Positions 52,701-62,853 of a stretch of DNA of 64,000 nucleotides are shown piece by piece. How positions within the stretch are numbered: position 1 is the first letter of the stretch; the number at the start of each line of letters is the position of its first letter. Under the pieces are notes generated by a model. It was not told the origin of the DNA and made no database searches. It was given only the letters and a program-made list of their open reading frames with translations. The position numbers and the translations under genes were made by a program. The DNA comes from Andalucia godoyi And28 (Eukaryota > Protista > Jakobida), in NCBI GenBank assembly GCA_009859145.1, contig VRVR01000058.1, forward strand, positions 109,382-173,381, read 5' to 3'.

Positions 52701-55700
52701 ACAGCAACACGGCACTCTCTGGCGAGGGCGGTGCAGCTTTCATCTTTCTGGGTGCGGTCGACACGTACGGTGCCACAGTTTTCAATCGAAACTCCGCAGC
52801 TCAGGGCGGCGCAGTTGCTATCTACGGCGGCACTTCTTCCCATTATTCCTCTACAATGTTTTTGTCTAACCACGCTTCGGCACAAGGTGGCAGTTTGTAC
52901 GTCAATGGTGGGACTGTAACATTTCTCGCGAATGCGTTATTCAATACGAGCAGCGCACGATACGGTGGCGCATTAGCAGTTTCCTCTGGAGCGTGTTTGT
53001 TCCATGAGAGTGTGATGTTTCGAGAAAACCAGGCAGGTGCAGGAGGCGCTATGTACTTTACTGGCGGGTTGATGGAGACGGTGTCTTCTGTGGAGTTCTT
53101 TAACAATTCCGCGCTTGTGGAGGGAGGTGGTGCATTGTACTCATTCTCTGGAAATTTATCCTTCGGTGCTGTTGTATCGTTTTCGATGAACTCCGCACCA
53201 ATTGGCGGAGCATTGTTCGGTTCCAACGTAATCAACTTCGTATCGGGTGTCGAATTCTTTCAAAACAGAGCCTCCGTTTGTGGAGGTGGGGCCTTCTTGT
53301 GGAATGGCACGTTGTCGTTCTTCTCTGCGGTTGCTTTCTCGAATAATGCTGCTCCAAACGGATCGTGTATGGCATCGAACGACAGCGTTGTCGCATTCGC
53401 CAGTGACGCATCTTTTATGAGCAACACAGGGGCATCACTGCTTGTTCTAGCTAGCACCATTTCGTTCCTTGGGAAACTGAATGTGTCCTCGAATTACATG
53501 ACGCCGATGGTGATCACCAGCGGCACAGTTGCGATCAAAGGCCCGACACGGTTCTATAATAACAGCGGTTTATTTGGCGGTGCGATACGCTCCGTCGGAG
53601 GTGTTTTGGATGTAACCGGAAATTCTACTTTTTTGGAGAACTTTTCTTTTAACGACGGGGGTACGATTTATGTTGCTGGCGGTACGATTAGGATAAGTTC
53701 CGTTTCAACGTGGACAAGGAATAGTGCAGCGGGCTGTGGTGGTGCCATAATGGTTTCTTCAGGAACTGTTGATCTTTCTGGGACCGAGACGTTCACGCTG
53801 AATCATGCGTTTAGCGGGGGTGGGATCTGCGCTACTGGCGGTAGTTTGTCTCTGAATGGAACGCAGTCATTTTCTGTGAATAGCGCAGATGCAAGTGGAT
53901 ACGGTGGTGCGATGTTCATCTCGAATGACGCCCAAATTTTATCGTTTGCGCACCTCTCTTTTTCCAGCAACACTGCTACAAATGGATTTGGCGGCGCGAT
54001 CGCGCTCGAGAAGAATGGATCGCTCAATTCTTTTGGTTCTGCCGTTTTCCGCGGTAATATTGCGGGCACGGGGAGCTCTGTGTGGGCCTCGTCTGGGTAC
54101 CTTTCTGCAACACACTGGACATTCTCCTCTTGTACAGGACAAAATGGCTCTGCAGTCGCGCTTTTCCAGGATGCCTATTTTGCACTAACAAATATGTCGA
54201 TGGCTGGCTGTGATGGAGCCTTCTACTCGGATACTGTTGATTCAACATTGATCCTTGAAGCCGCAATCGTCGTTGTCTACGACGATCACACTCCTCTGTT
54301 TCTCGGATCGAGCCCGGGTTGGTCCCCTGGGACGCGTGCTATCCAAGTGGAAGTGCTGAACAGCAATTGCTCGGTAATTCTTCCCGGACCACTGCCTCCA
54401 GATACATCATGTGGCTGTGTGCCAGGCTGCAGTGGTGTTATGTGCAGTTCTTGCTGCAGTCCAGGAACGTTCTTTGATGGTTCCAATTGTACTTCTTGTA
54501 CTCCAGGGACTTCTTCTCCTGGAGGCTCCGTTCTGCAGTGTTCAGCATGTCCTGTCGATACGTACAACAATATCAGCAGATCATCTTTTTGCACGTTTTG
54601 TCCTGCGGATCAATTTTCGGATGGCACTGGTGGAGTTGCTTGCAAGCAGCCCCCGGTACCTATTATTTTGGACTCGCTCTGGGTCGTTTGCTCGGTCCCG
54701 TTCAACATGTCTCTACAGGGCCCATCAACTCTCGCGTCCGGATTTTGTGATATCTTGCTGACGACTGGATCGTTGTTGGTCAGGGGATTATTGAGCTGCT
54801 TGAACAAAAGTACTGTGTACAGTTGCCAAGAGTTAATGTGTTCATTCGAACCGTTTGATTTCACTGGGATTGCTAATATTGCAATAACCAATGGTGATGT
54901 CGGAACGCTAATTCTTCCTCAGACAATAATGTTTGTGAACTCCATGATCTTTAATGTCAGTGCTCCGACAGTTGTTTCCGCGAATGGTGGGCAGCTGGTC
55001 ACAACTACGGTTTCGTGGCCGGTATTCACATCCGGATTGTCTTCGACGTCTGATGAGCTTCCAGTGGCCGCTGTTCTCTTTTCTGTGAACTCCACTTTGA
55101 TTTCCGCGTCGTGTGTCGTATTGTCTAATACCATGAACTGTGACATGATATTGCCATCCCTTGCACCGGGGATTCACACCTTTATGTACTCACCAAACGA
55201 TGGTCTTCAGTGGGTGGATACTGATGCTGTGGTTGTCATTGACGATTGTCAGCCCGGGGAGGAGTGGAGCGATTCTCTTTCATTCTGCGTCCAATGCGGT
55301 ATTGGTCAATTCTCGGATGGTTCCAGTGGGCGCCGTTGCGTGCCTTGCCCGCCTTCACAGTACCAGGATGCGACGGGATCAACGTCCTGTAAATCATGTT
55401 TCCCAGGTGCTGTGCCCACGACGGATAAAACAGAGTGTGTGAGGTGCAGCCCGCAGTTGGCTGCTCTCAATGGGTTGTGTGTGAAATGTCCAGCCGGATA
55501 TCAAGCAGCATCTAATCGGTCTGCATGCCTGCCATGTCCGAAGAACATGTTTTCGAACGAGGATACGGCTGGCTGTGTCCTTTGTCCGCTTTGGATGGTA
55601 CCCGCGAATTCCTCAACGTCTTGCTCGTTCTGTGATATCGGCTATCAGCCGGACGCCAGCCAGTCAAGTTGCTTAGCATGTCCTGCGAACCAGTATGCCA

Positions 55701-58369
55701 GTTCAACGGGTACTTGTTCATTGTGTCCCCCCGGAGTTGTTCCGAGAGCTGACCGCATGGGTTGCGAGTTTTGCCCCGCCGGGCAACAGCCAAATTCCCA
55801 ACAATCGGCGTGTGTGGCCTGTCCAACTGGGCGATTTTCTAACGGGAGCGTTCCGGAATGTGAGCAGTGTCCTTCCGACATGATATCGGATGAATACCGA
55901 GCGTCCTGCATTCCATGTCAAGACGGATTTCAACCGAATTTGGCGCAATCGAACTGTGATCCGTGTGCAGCCAATGAATATTCCAATGCTTCTTCGAGAT
56001 TCTGTCAACCTTGTCCTGTCGGACTCATTCCTTCTTTGAACCGATCAGTTTGTGCTGTGTGCCCTGCTGGACGTGAGGCGGATTTATCACGCACATCGTG
56101 TCAAGCATGCAGTCCCAACATGTTTTCGACTGACACGATGGTAGAATGTGTTCAGTGCGGACCCCTATCTGTTCCAAATGCAGAGCAAAGTGAATGTGTT
56201 TTTTGTCCACCTGGAACGAATCCAAGTTCGCAAGGCACAGAATGTGTGCCTTGCGGTATCGGTCAGTTTTCCAACTCTTCACAGTACAGCTGCGAGTACT
56301 GTCCAGATGGAACAATCCCAAATGATAGCCAGAGCTCTTGCACTCTCTGTCCTGTGGGACATGAGCCTGATTCGGATGGTTCGGTGTGTGTTCCGTGCCA
56401 ACCGGGAAAGTATCAAGACGGAACCATGGGACATTGCAAATCCTGTCTTTATGGATATATTACGAGTGCCGAAGGAGCATTATGCATCTTATGTCCTCCG
56501 GGAACCCAAATGAGTGCAGATCGAGTGAATTGTGACACTTGCCCTGAAGGATTCTGGCTAGACACGACCTCGCTCCAGTGCCAGTTGTGTGGAGCAGGTT
56601 TAGTGGCCAACACGAATCGTACGCGTTGCCTTCCTTGCGAAGGATCCACAATCCCAAACTCCCAAGGTGACTGTGAACCGTGTCCTGCAGGGTGGAGCCC
56701 AAACGCGAACCATACGGTCTGTGTGCCGTGCGGATCTGGCCTGGTTGCGAATAAATCTGGAGACTGCGTCGCATGCGGACCTGGCCAAACTCCGAGCGCT
56801 GACGGAGTTTCTTGTCTGACTTGTGTAGATGGTACCTACTCCAATGCCAAGACGAATGGGACGTGCATGCTTTGTTCACAGGTCCTGCAAGGGGACGGAG
56901 TCACTTCTAATGCTCTTTATGACGGATGCGCTTGTTCTGCAGGGTATGTGGAATTGGAAACGCAGTCTTTGTGCATTCCTTGCCCTACTGGAGGCAATTG
57001 TAATGATAACTTTCTTACAATTTCTACGTTGCCGTCTGCTGCGGGTTACTGGCGTCCATCCGGAACCAGCACGGTGTTCTATCGATGCACTTCACCAGGC
57101 TGTCCTGGCGGCAACCCTGGTTCTTGCTCCGATGGGTATCAGGGTCCAGCTTGCGCGGAATGCTCCTCGGGATACACTTCAGTATCATCGACCTGTGTCA
57201 TGTGTCCCGATCCAGCTGTTATTGTTCTGCTCGTCTTGATTGTGGGAATTGTTGGATCGGTACTGATCTTGTTGCTGGCTTTGGAAATTTATTCCCCTTT
57301 TTCGAGTCGTCTGTCGCTTGTCAAAATTTTGGTAACCCACGGACAGATGGTTTCGTTGCTTTCATCTTTTTCTTACATTTGGCCGGACAGTGCTGCCCTG
57401 GGACTAGGATTTCTTGCCTCCGCAGGATCGATATCGCTCGATTCTGTGTTACTGTTATTTCATTGCTTTGTTCCGGTCAATTTTTATGTGAGATTTTTCA
57501 TCGTCTTGAACTCTCCGCTTCTGTTTTTGATCGTGTTGCTTCCTCTTTCTTATTTTCTCAGGACCTATGTATCCCGATGGAAGCGCCTACGCCTGTCTGC
57601 GGTGATTGGTGTCACAGTCTTGTGCTGCCAGCCTTATGTTGTGTTCAAGACACTGTCCCTGTTTCAGTGCACACAGTATGGCGATGAACGTTATATCGCA
57701 TCTGCTGTTGAAGTCAAATGCGCAGGAGTGACGTACACATTAGCTTCAGTTGCAGCTGTTTTCGTTCTGACGTTTTATGCGTTGATCATCCCCATTGTCA
57801 CCTGTGCTGTTGCTTTGGGAGCACGGAAGCAGACTGCGTTGAACAATGATTCGTTCAAATTCCTTTGTTTGATCCTCTCTTCTGCGGGGTTTTCCTCGGA
57901 GTGCTGGTATTGGGAATGGATGATGTTCACGCGAAAATCCATGTTTGCCATTCTTGCTGTCTGTTCGACAATGTCCAGTGCCAGTGCTGGAAACGCTGTG
58001 AGCCTTGGTGTGACCGTTTATTGCAGCACTTGCTTTCTCTTTCTTTTCTTATGGTCGCATTCCGCATTCCATCCATTTCCTTCCTCACTTTTAAATGGTC
58101 TCGAATCGACTGCGGAGTTTGTGCTCATGATTTCTGTTGTGGGCGCATACATGATGACCACGAACGCCTCCACAGTTAGTTTTTCTATTTCCATGGCATG
58201 GTGCGTGATCATTTTGAATTTGTTTGTTTTTCTCATTTTGGTGGGACACATGGTTTGGTCCTTTGCGCGCACCGTTTATCGACGATCATCGACGCACTCA
58301 GTATCAAAGACAATCCCTGTTTCTCTGGACGTCGACGAACCATTTCTCGATCCGAACGAACCTTCGTAA
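49703..58369 (+). CDS. Giant (2888 aa) surface protein: signal peptide, GCC2/GCC3-type Cys-rich repeats, Pmp-like beta-helix (GGAI/FxxN), Ig/TIG-like region, second Cys-rich array, multi-TM C-terminus
   Basis: CPAGTY..C..C repeats; WYISSSGNDSNSG beta-helix start at ~51263; many FxxNxAxxGGA(I/L) repeats to ~54.2 kb; about 7-8 hydrophobic helices after ~57.2 kb. Confidence 0.9.
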   Translation: MGNHFLPLCILAFMFLGCTVSVGACPAGQYEVIIPWFWLPGCGSCSVGYYCPGDGGRYPCPAGDYQPSEGAAACDRCPAGKYQPSTTSTSCLDCPAGTYQPNTGEASESSCTKCPIGTYSSVEGSGSCASCPAGTYQPNTGEASESSCTKCPIGTYSSVAGSGSCASCPAGTYQPNTGEASELSCTKCPIGTYSSVAGSGSCASCPAGTYQPNMGESSNSSCIECQAGTFSFAAGSASCTSCPAGTFQPNTGKTSESSCTKCQAGTYSRTVAATSDSTCIPCSAGTYSDIDGSTSCASCPVGTYSSSVGASSEATCIDCVAGTYSNTTGATSYATCVSCEPGSFSPNAGAAACMECPAGTYSPSSRASSNSTCLPCKAGTYSPIVGAANETVCIPCQPGTYSLIYAAISKETCQNCPVGTFSSVSGASSSTTCTDCLAGEFSPEDGATTCLACPDGSYSPVSRSASCAICEAGTFSLRNATQCLICPATTFSSANSSSCTNCLRGQTSYSNSSSCFSCSEWYISSSGNDSNSGASWTSAFSSPNRATQVVAPGNIVHSMSGLYYIYDSVEMSVNNVTWVADGSVVWNCAGPAVVGATVTTSVDIANISFQHCSPAIKTSGNSTELTLRNVTFANNAGRGAMHIGGGGVVFHVAVVFFNNTATSVPASNEGGAMTITNGNVSFMCSVLLAHCSSNGSGGALVVTSGSVSFLAEGTFTSNRAGLSGGALYINGSASVMFGGPSMFFNNSADIGGALWVGDGGTVEYLANSTFTANSASTGGAISADQGTVTFLEAATLEGNVAEVGGGLWQQYGTVRFLGMTTIRNNTALGYGGGVLLTNGTLLASAQTLLYGNRAMHGAAVAILSGSVLFESASESVQQNLLAMSAGPALVRIACNTAQGNGGALIIEGGSVVFDSGVLFLSNTAAAYGGCLFAVGGSISFTSTSVLDSNQASMAGGAVYISGSANLKFNSSVVSNNTAQNGGALYVDGGRIAFQDPVQFDSNTALSGEGGAAFIFLGAVDTYGATVFNRNSAAQGGAVAIYGGTSSHYSSTMFLSNHASAQGGSLYVNGGTVTFLANALFNTSSARYGGALAVSSGACLFHESVMFRENQAGAGGAMYFTGGLMETVSSVEFFNNSALVEGGGALYSFSGNLSFGAVVSFSMNSAPIGGALFGSNVINFVSGVEFFQNRASVCGGGAFLWNGTLSFFSAVAFSNNAAPNGSCMASNDSVVAFASDASFMSNTGASLLVLASTISFLGKLNVSSNYMTPMVITSGTVAIKGPTRFYNNSGLFGGAIRSVGGVLDVTGNSTFLENFSFNDGGTIYVAGGTIRISSVSTWTRNSAAGCGGAIMVSSGTVDLSGTETFTLNHAFSGGGICATGGSLSLNGTQSFSVNSADASGYGGAMFISNDAQILSFAHLSFSSNTATNGFGGAIALEKNGSLNSFGSAVFRGNIAGTGSSVWASSGYLSATHWTFSSCTGQNGSAVALFQDAYFALTNMSMAGCDGAFYSDTVDSTLILEAAIVVVYDDHTPLFLGSSPGWSPGTRAIQVEVLNSNCSVILPGPLPPDTSCGCVPGCSGVMCSSCCSPGTFFDGSNCTSCTPGTSSPGGSVLQCSACPVDTYNNISRSSFCTFCPADQFSDGTGGVACKQPPVPIILDSLWVVCSVPFNMSLQGPSTLASGFCDILLTTGSLLVRGLLSCLNKSTVYSCQELMCSFEPFDFTGIANIAITNGDVGTLILPQTIMFVNSMIFNVSAPTVVSANGGQLVTTTVSWPVFTSGLSSTSDELPVAAVLFSVNSTLISASCVVLSNTMNCDMILPSLAPGIHTFMYSPNDGLQWVDTDAVVVIDDCQPGEEWSDSLSFCVQCGIGQFSDGSSGRRCVPCPPSQYQDATGSTSCKSCFPGAVPTTDKTECVRCSPQLAALNGLCVKCPAGYQAASNRSACLPCPKNMFSNEDTAGCVLCPLWMVPANSSTSCSFCDIGYQPDASQSSCLACPANQYASSTGTCSLCPPGVVPRADRMGCEFCPAGQQPNSQQSACVACPTGRFSNGSVPECEQCPSDMISDEYRASCIPCQDGFQPNLAQSNCDPCAANEYSNASSRFCQPCPVGLIPSLNRSVCAVCPAGREADLSRTSCQACSPNMFSTDTMVECVQCGPLSVPNAEQSECVFCPPGTNPSSQGTECVPCGIGQFSNSSQYSCEYCPDGTIPNDSQSSCTLCPVGHEPDSDGSVCVPCQPGKYQDGTMGHCKSCLYGYITSAEGALCILCPPGTQMSADRVNCDTCPEGFWLDTTSLQCQLCGAGLVANTNRTRCLPCEGSTIPNSQGDCEPCPAGWSPNANHTVCVPCGSGLVANKSGDCVACGPGQTPSADGVSCLTCVDGTYSNAKTNGTCMLCSQVLQGDGVTSNALYDGCACSAGYVELETQSLCIPCPTGGNCNDNFLTISTLPSAAGYWRPSGTSTVFYRCTSPGCPGGNPGSCSDGYQGPACAECSSGYTSVSSTCVMCPDPAVIVLLVLIVGIVGSVLILLLALEIYSPFSSRLSLVKILVTHGQMVSLLSSFSYIWPDSAALGLGFLASAGSISLDSVLLLFHCFVPVNFYVRFFIVLNSPLLFLIVLLPLSYFLRTYVSRWKRLRLSAVIGVTVLCCQPYVVFKTLSLFQCTQYGDERYIASAVEVKCAGVTYTLASVAAVFVLTFYALIIPIVTCAVALGARKQTALNNDSFKFLCLILSSAGFSSECWYWEWMMFTRKSMFAILAVCSTMSSASAGNAVSLGVTVYCSTCFLFLFLWSHSAFHPFPSSLLNGLESTAEFVLMISVVGAYMMTTNASTVSFSISMAWCVIILNLFVFLILVGHMVWSFARTVYRRSSTHSVSKTIPVSLDVDEPFLDPNEPS
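49982..50425 (+). repeat. 111-bp (37-aa) intragenic tandem repeat, 3 near-identical units plus diverged ones
   Basis: Unit starts at 49982, 50093, 50204 and 50315, encoding CPAGTYQPNTGEASESSCTKCPIGTYSSV(E/A)GSGSCAS. Confidence 0.95.
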
Positions 58370-61300
58370 TCATTCTTTATGCATCAGCAGAAGTTCGTGT
58401 AGTTGTTCGTCAAGCTGTGCGATGGACGACCATCTTCTTCGAACAGCCTTCGCCAACGGTCGAAACATGGACAGTGAAACGACTGCAAAAAATACAGCGT
58501 TTGAGGCGATAATGAGATACGTAATAGCGACTGTGAATGTGACATTGGTGATCGTAGATGTGATGATGTATGCACCGATGACAGTGACGAGGAGCAAAAA
58601 TTCTGCCGCACCCTCATACACGTTTAGTGACAGGGTGGGATACGGTCTACAGATCAAATGCGCAATGAAGAACGCAGAAAGGACTGCGCATGCAATGAAC
58701 ACACCTGTCGACAGACCCACGGAATTGCCTTCTGAAGACGAGGTGGAGGAAAAAACAGCCAGCGCTGCGAACATTGCCTTTCGTGCAAAAAGAACCAATT
58801 CCCAGTAGCTCCAGCCGTCGGAGAACCCCGCAGATACAATAGCGAGACATAGATGATGAAGGGACGCAAGAGAGACAAGCGTGCTTCGTGTTTGAAACAG
58901 CCTCGCTTGCCGGGCACCAAAAAAAAGAAACATAGGTAGGATCGCCACATACATCAGCAAGACAAGTGCACCGATGACCTGTGAGACAGTGTACACGGTT
59001 CCTGAGCACTGTTGACTGACGTCAGAGGCAATATACAATTCTCCTCCGTATTCGGAACAATGGAAGATGGCGAGAGTGCGCAGAGTCACGAAAGGCTGAA
59101 CAGACACAATAGTCACAATAACCACGCCACGTAACATGCCACCTCCAAAATGCTGGGGAAGCAGCCCTCTCAACAGCAGCACTGTCGGATACAAAAAGAC
59201 GATAATGATGAGAGGAGATGCAATCACAAGATAATACTCGGTATAAAAGCCAAAAGGAAACAGACACGTGAATGACCGCAGTAAGGCGTCTGCAGACACA
59301 GAACCAACGTTCGACACAATGCTTAAACCCGTGGCTGTGCGTGCAGGCCAGATAAAAGCGAACGTTGTCAGAAGAGAAAGCATCTGGGAGTGACCCATCA
59401 GAATTCTGACAAGCGATGCACGGTATGAGCGACGGTTACGGAGGTTTTGAGCCAAGAAAATCAACATGGCAAATGTACCCACTATGAAAATGAAAACGAC
59501 CAGAATGACCACGGGAACTGGAGGGCATTGGGCACACACTGAAGAAACAGCAACATACCCGTCGCGGCAATGGGCACAAGCGGGGCCGTTGTATCCTTCC
59601 TTACACTGAGCATTTGACAATCCGCCTTTGCATCCAGGGTTAGGACACACATAAAACTCCGGTGACGATCCTGAGGATCGCCAGTAACCTGGCTGGGAAG
59701 GAACCGTTGACATAAAGAGGCCATCCGTCGAACAATCGGCTCCCCGAGGACAAGACAGGCATTCGGTACGATCATCCGTTTCAACATGGCCTGCAGTGCA
59801 CCAACAGCCGTTGTAGGTTGCATTGCTGGTGGATCCGGCTCCAGGAAGGACAGACGAACAAGAAACACAGCGCAAGGTGGTGGCCAAGCTAGAGTATGTA
59901 CCAGCAACGCAGCGGACACAGGATGTCTTGTCTGCGCTCGGAGTAGTCCCTGGTTGACATTGCTCGCACACTCCGCTGGAAACATTTGCGTAGAGACCAG
60001 GGCCGCACGGAATGCAGTTTGTCATATTTTCACTTGGACTCCAACCCGGCGCACATGGATGGCATGCGCCATCAGATCCCGGGATACTGGATCCTGGACA
60101 ACGAATACAGTCTGTGCGCTGCGAATTGGAGCGCAATCCAAGGGGACACCTGACGCATTGCAAAGTCGATGGATTAAGCCAAAAGCCAGCCGGACATTGG
60201 GCACATGTCGTACGGGAAGGAGCCATCTGCATCCCTGGTGGACATTTCACGCAAGAAGAACGATTATTGTACGAAAGAAATCCATACGGGCAGTACGTAC
60301 ACTGAGGCATCGATCCGTTTTGGAACATTCCTGTTCGGCAGGAAAGGCACCGTGCTCCATCGGAGTGCGGTTCCCGGCCTGGAGGACAAAATGAACAACC
60401 ATTCAGAGTCGCGTTGGGTACCATTCCAGTCGGACATAAGTCGCAGGTCGCAAGACTGGAGTTTGCGAATCTCCCAGGAGGGCAACGAATACAAGCGGTG
60501 GATAAAATATTTGGAACTTCTCCTACATTGCATTTCTGACAAGTAGAAGCATTATTGGCGGGAATACCCCCAAAGCACAGAGCACAGGAAGTCATGTTCC
60601 CATCAGAAAAGTGTTTCAATGGACAAGAAACACAGTAACCACCAGTAAAATCAGGTTCTTTCCCCGCATCACATAATACACAGCCAGTTCTGTCAGAGTT
60701 GGGGACAGTTCCAGGAAAACATCGCCCGCATGAAAGCATCGATCCATTGGAATAGAACCCTATTGAACAGTCCTGGCAAACAGATCCATCCGGTCCGGGC
60801 CCTTGTCCTGGCTTACAAACAACACAAGCACTCTGATTGAGAGTCGGCACCATTCCTAAAGGACAGACTGAACAAGAAGCGTCAGATCCGGTAGAATATT
60901 GTCCCGCCGGACATGAAATACAAACAGTTTGTTGTGCATTCGGCAGTTGTCCAGGCTGGCACCCAACGCAACCAGATTGGCTAGATAAAGGCACTTGACC
61001 ATCAGGACAGGATACACAATAGGGTGTGGAAGAACTTGAATACTCGCTAGCGGGACAAGGTTCGCAACCAGACTGCAAAGCATTCGCTTGATACCCAGCT
61101 GGGCAGAACGAACAGTTTGTGTGATCGTCAATTGGTACCATCCCAAGCGGACAAAGCTGACACGCTTGGAACCCCAGCATGGAGAACATATTAACAGGGC
61201 ACGATTCGCAGCGAGAAGAGTTGAATGATGGTTGACTTCCTGCGGCACATAATTGGCATTCCTGTTCAACCACGATAAATCCGTCTCCACACAGACTGCA

Positions 61301-62380
61301 GTCCGATTGGTCTGCGCTGGGCACAGAACCAGAGATGCAAGTCTTGCACGAAATGCTTCCAAGAAGGTCCTGGTAAGTGAATAATGGACACGGAACACAA
61401 GGGTCTGTTCCACTTACGTTTGAGAACTTGCCTGCAGGGCATAGATCACATGTCAGTGCAGAGCTATTCCACTCGGATCCAGGAGGGCAGCCCAGTACTG
61501 CGACAGAGAATCCTGTCGAAATCCACTGGCTCCCTGTGTTGGGAGAAAAAGACACGTTGTACTGGCCGGGCGGCAGAAAAGGGAGGACCACAGAGCAGTT
61601 GACAGCAGACTCCGACAAGGATGTGCAAGCCGTGTCGAGAATACTCGAATCAACGGCAATCCTTGTGGAAAATGTTGGAAGGCAAAATGTTTGAGGTGGA
61701 CTACAAAACCAGCCAATCGAAAGCACAAAAATTTGGGACGGAATGGATGCGAGAGTGAGGGAGCTGATTGGGGTGAACTCGAATACACTGACAGTATACA
61801 CAGGCTCCGGAAATACAAGATATCCCAAGTTCTCGCTGAAGGTCGCAGGGTACAATGCACCCGTATAGTTGAAAGGCGACAATGTGCACAGAAACGACTG
61901 GCAATCTGCAAGGGGGTCACTGGATAAGCAAAAGGCAGCACCCACTTGTAACATTCCGTATCCAGTGTCATTCCTCTTCATCAGGAAGCAGGACGGAGAA
62001 TTATCGGTCTGGATTGGAAGTGCGATCGTCAAGTTACTGCGATCCCCAACATACAGGACTTGTGGCACAGCTGTTGGAGACTGTGGATTTGAGATGCATG
62101 AAGTCGATCCGTTTCTGACTGTGTAAGAATTCAAAGGACAGTATGTGCAAGCAAAGGAGCCCTCCGAAGCGGAATATGTGCCCATAGGACACAGTTCACA
62201 TTGCGTGAAATTTTGGGTCGGGTAAAAGCCGGCCTCACAGGCAATAGTACCAGAAAACAGAAGGTCTGCACCAGAGGTATGTAAACTTGGCAAACCAGCA
62301 GGGAAACAGATCGAGATCCCCATGATAACCAAAAACATGGTTATTCGCAACCTATGCTTTACATGGTGAAGTGAAACCAT
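58370..62380 (-). CDS. Cys-rich multi-TM surface protein (1336 aa), paralogue of 49703-58369 lacking the beta-helix
   Basis: Colinear similarity, e.g. NCSVVLPFLPPGQYNVSFSPNTGSQW vs NCDMILPSLAPGIHTFMYSPNDGLQW; PGYWRSSGSSPEFYVC vs AGYWRPSGTSTVFYRC; SYWELVLFARKAMFA vs WYWEWMMFTRKSMFA. Confidence 0.9.
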   Translation of the reverse strand: MVSLHHVKHRLRITMFLVIMGISICFPAGLPSLHTSGADLLFSGTIACEAGFYPTQNFTQCELCPMGTYSASEGSFACTYCPLNSYTVRNGSTSCISNPQSPTAVPQVLYVGDRSNLTIALPIQTDNSPSCFLMKRNDTGYGMLQVGAAFCLSSDPLADCQSFLCTLSPFNYTGALYPATFSENLGYLVFPEPVYTVSVFEFTPISSLTLASIPSQIFVLSIGWFCSPPQTFCLPTFSTRIAVDSSILDTACTSLSESAVNCSVVLPFLPPGQYNVSFSPNTGSQWISTGFSVAVLGCPPGSEWNSSALTCDLCPAGKFSNVSGTDPCVPCPLFTYQDLLGSISCKTCISGSVPSADQSDCSLCGDGFIVVEQECQLCAAGSQPSFNSSRCESCPVNMFSMLGFQACQLCPLGMVPIDDHTNCSFCPAGYQANALQSGCEPCPASEYSSSSTPYCVSCPDGQVPLSSQSGCVGCQPGQLPNAQQTVCISCPAGQYSTGSDASCSVCPLGMVPTLNQSACVVCKPGQGPGPDGSVCQDCSIGFYSNGSMLSCGRCFPGTVPNSDRTGCVLCDAGKEPDFTGGYCVSCPLKHFSDGNMTSCALCFGGIPANNASTCQKCNVGEVPNILSTACIRCPPGRFANSSLATCDLCPTGMVPNATLNGCSFCPPGREPHSDGARCLSCRTGMFQNGSMPQCTYCPYGFLSYNNRSSCVKCPPGMQMAPSRTTCAQCPAGFWLNPSTLQCVRCPLGLRSNSQRTDCIRCPGSSIPGSDGACHPCAPGWSPSENMTNCIPCGPGLYANVSSGVCEQCQPGTTPSADKTSCVRCVAGTYSSLATTLRCVSCSSVLPGAGSTSNATYNGCWCTAGHVETDDRTECLSCPRGADCSTDGLFMSTVPSQPGYWRSSGSSPEFYVCPNPGCKGGLSNAQCKEGYNGPACAHCRDGYVAVSSVCAQCPPVPVVILVVFIFIVGTFAMLIFLAQNLRNRRSYRASLVRILMGHSQMLSLLTTFAFIWPARTATGLSIVSNVGSVSADALLRSFTCLFPFGFYTEYYLVIASPLIIIVFLYPTVLLLRGLLPQHFGGGMLRGVVIVTIVSVQPFVTLRTLAIFHCSEYGGELYIASDVSQQCSGTVYTVSQVIGALVLLMYVAILPMFLFFGARQARLFQTRSTLVSLASLHHLCLAIVSAGFSDGWSYWELVLFARKAMFAALAVFSSTSSSEGNSVGLSTGVFIACAVLSAFFIAHLICRPYPTLSLNVYEGAAEFLLLVTVIGAYIITSTITNVTFTVAITYLIIASNAVFFAVVSLSMFRPLAKAVRRRWSSIAQLDEQLHELLLMHKE

Positions 62381-62569
62381 GTTTCAAAAGTCCTGTATAA
62401 AGAATTGACAGAGAATTTGAAGAAAATCTCAGGAACTGAACGGGGAAAACTGATTCTTCGCGTCCGTAAGGTGTTGTTGATGTGGCAAATTCGCAACGAG
62501 CCGTCCCGGAGGACAGCAAGAGAAATCGACACTTGTAGACCGATGTCGTTTGGACATGTGTGTCATGAG

Positions 62570-62700
62570 TAGGGTGGGTATCTTGCACTGCAACGGACTT
62601 TGGAGTGCAAGACTGCACAAAGTTGCATGAAATTGCAGTGAAATTGCAATGCAATATTGCAGCTTCATAAGCGGTTCCGATTGCCCGCCATTTTGGCCGC
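62570..62700 (+). mobile_element. Candidate left end of the hAT element (TIR-like tagggtggg.. plus subterminal TGCA repeats)
   Basis: tagggtgggta at 62570 is followed by dense (aa)ttgca motifs and the perfect palindrome tgcaatattgca (62650-62661). The right end is outside the window. Confidence 0.35.
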
Positions 62701-62853
62701 CGCAATTTCCCGCGATTTCACTTCTGGCCTCTCTGGCCACATGCCTCAAATTTCCTGTTCGACATCTTCAGTTGGAATTGCCGGTGTTGTTTTCGTTTCG
62801 TTGTTCGTGGTTTTTAATTTGTCTTTTGTTTGGACATTTCTTGACTTCAGAAC

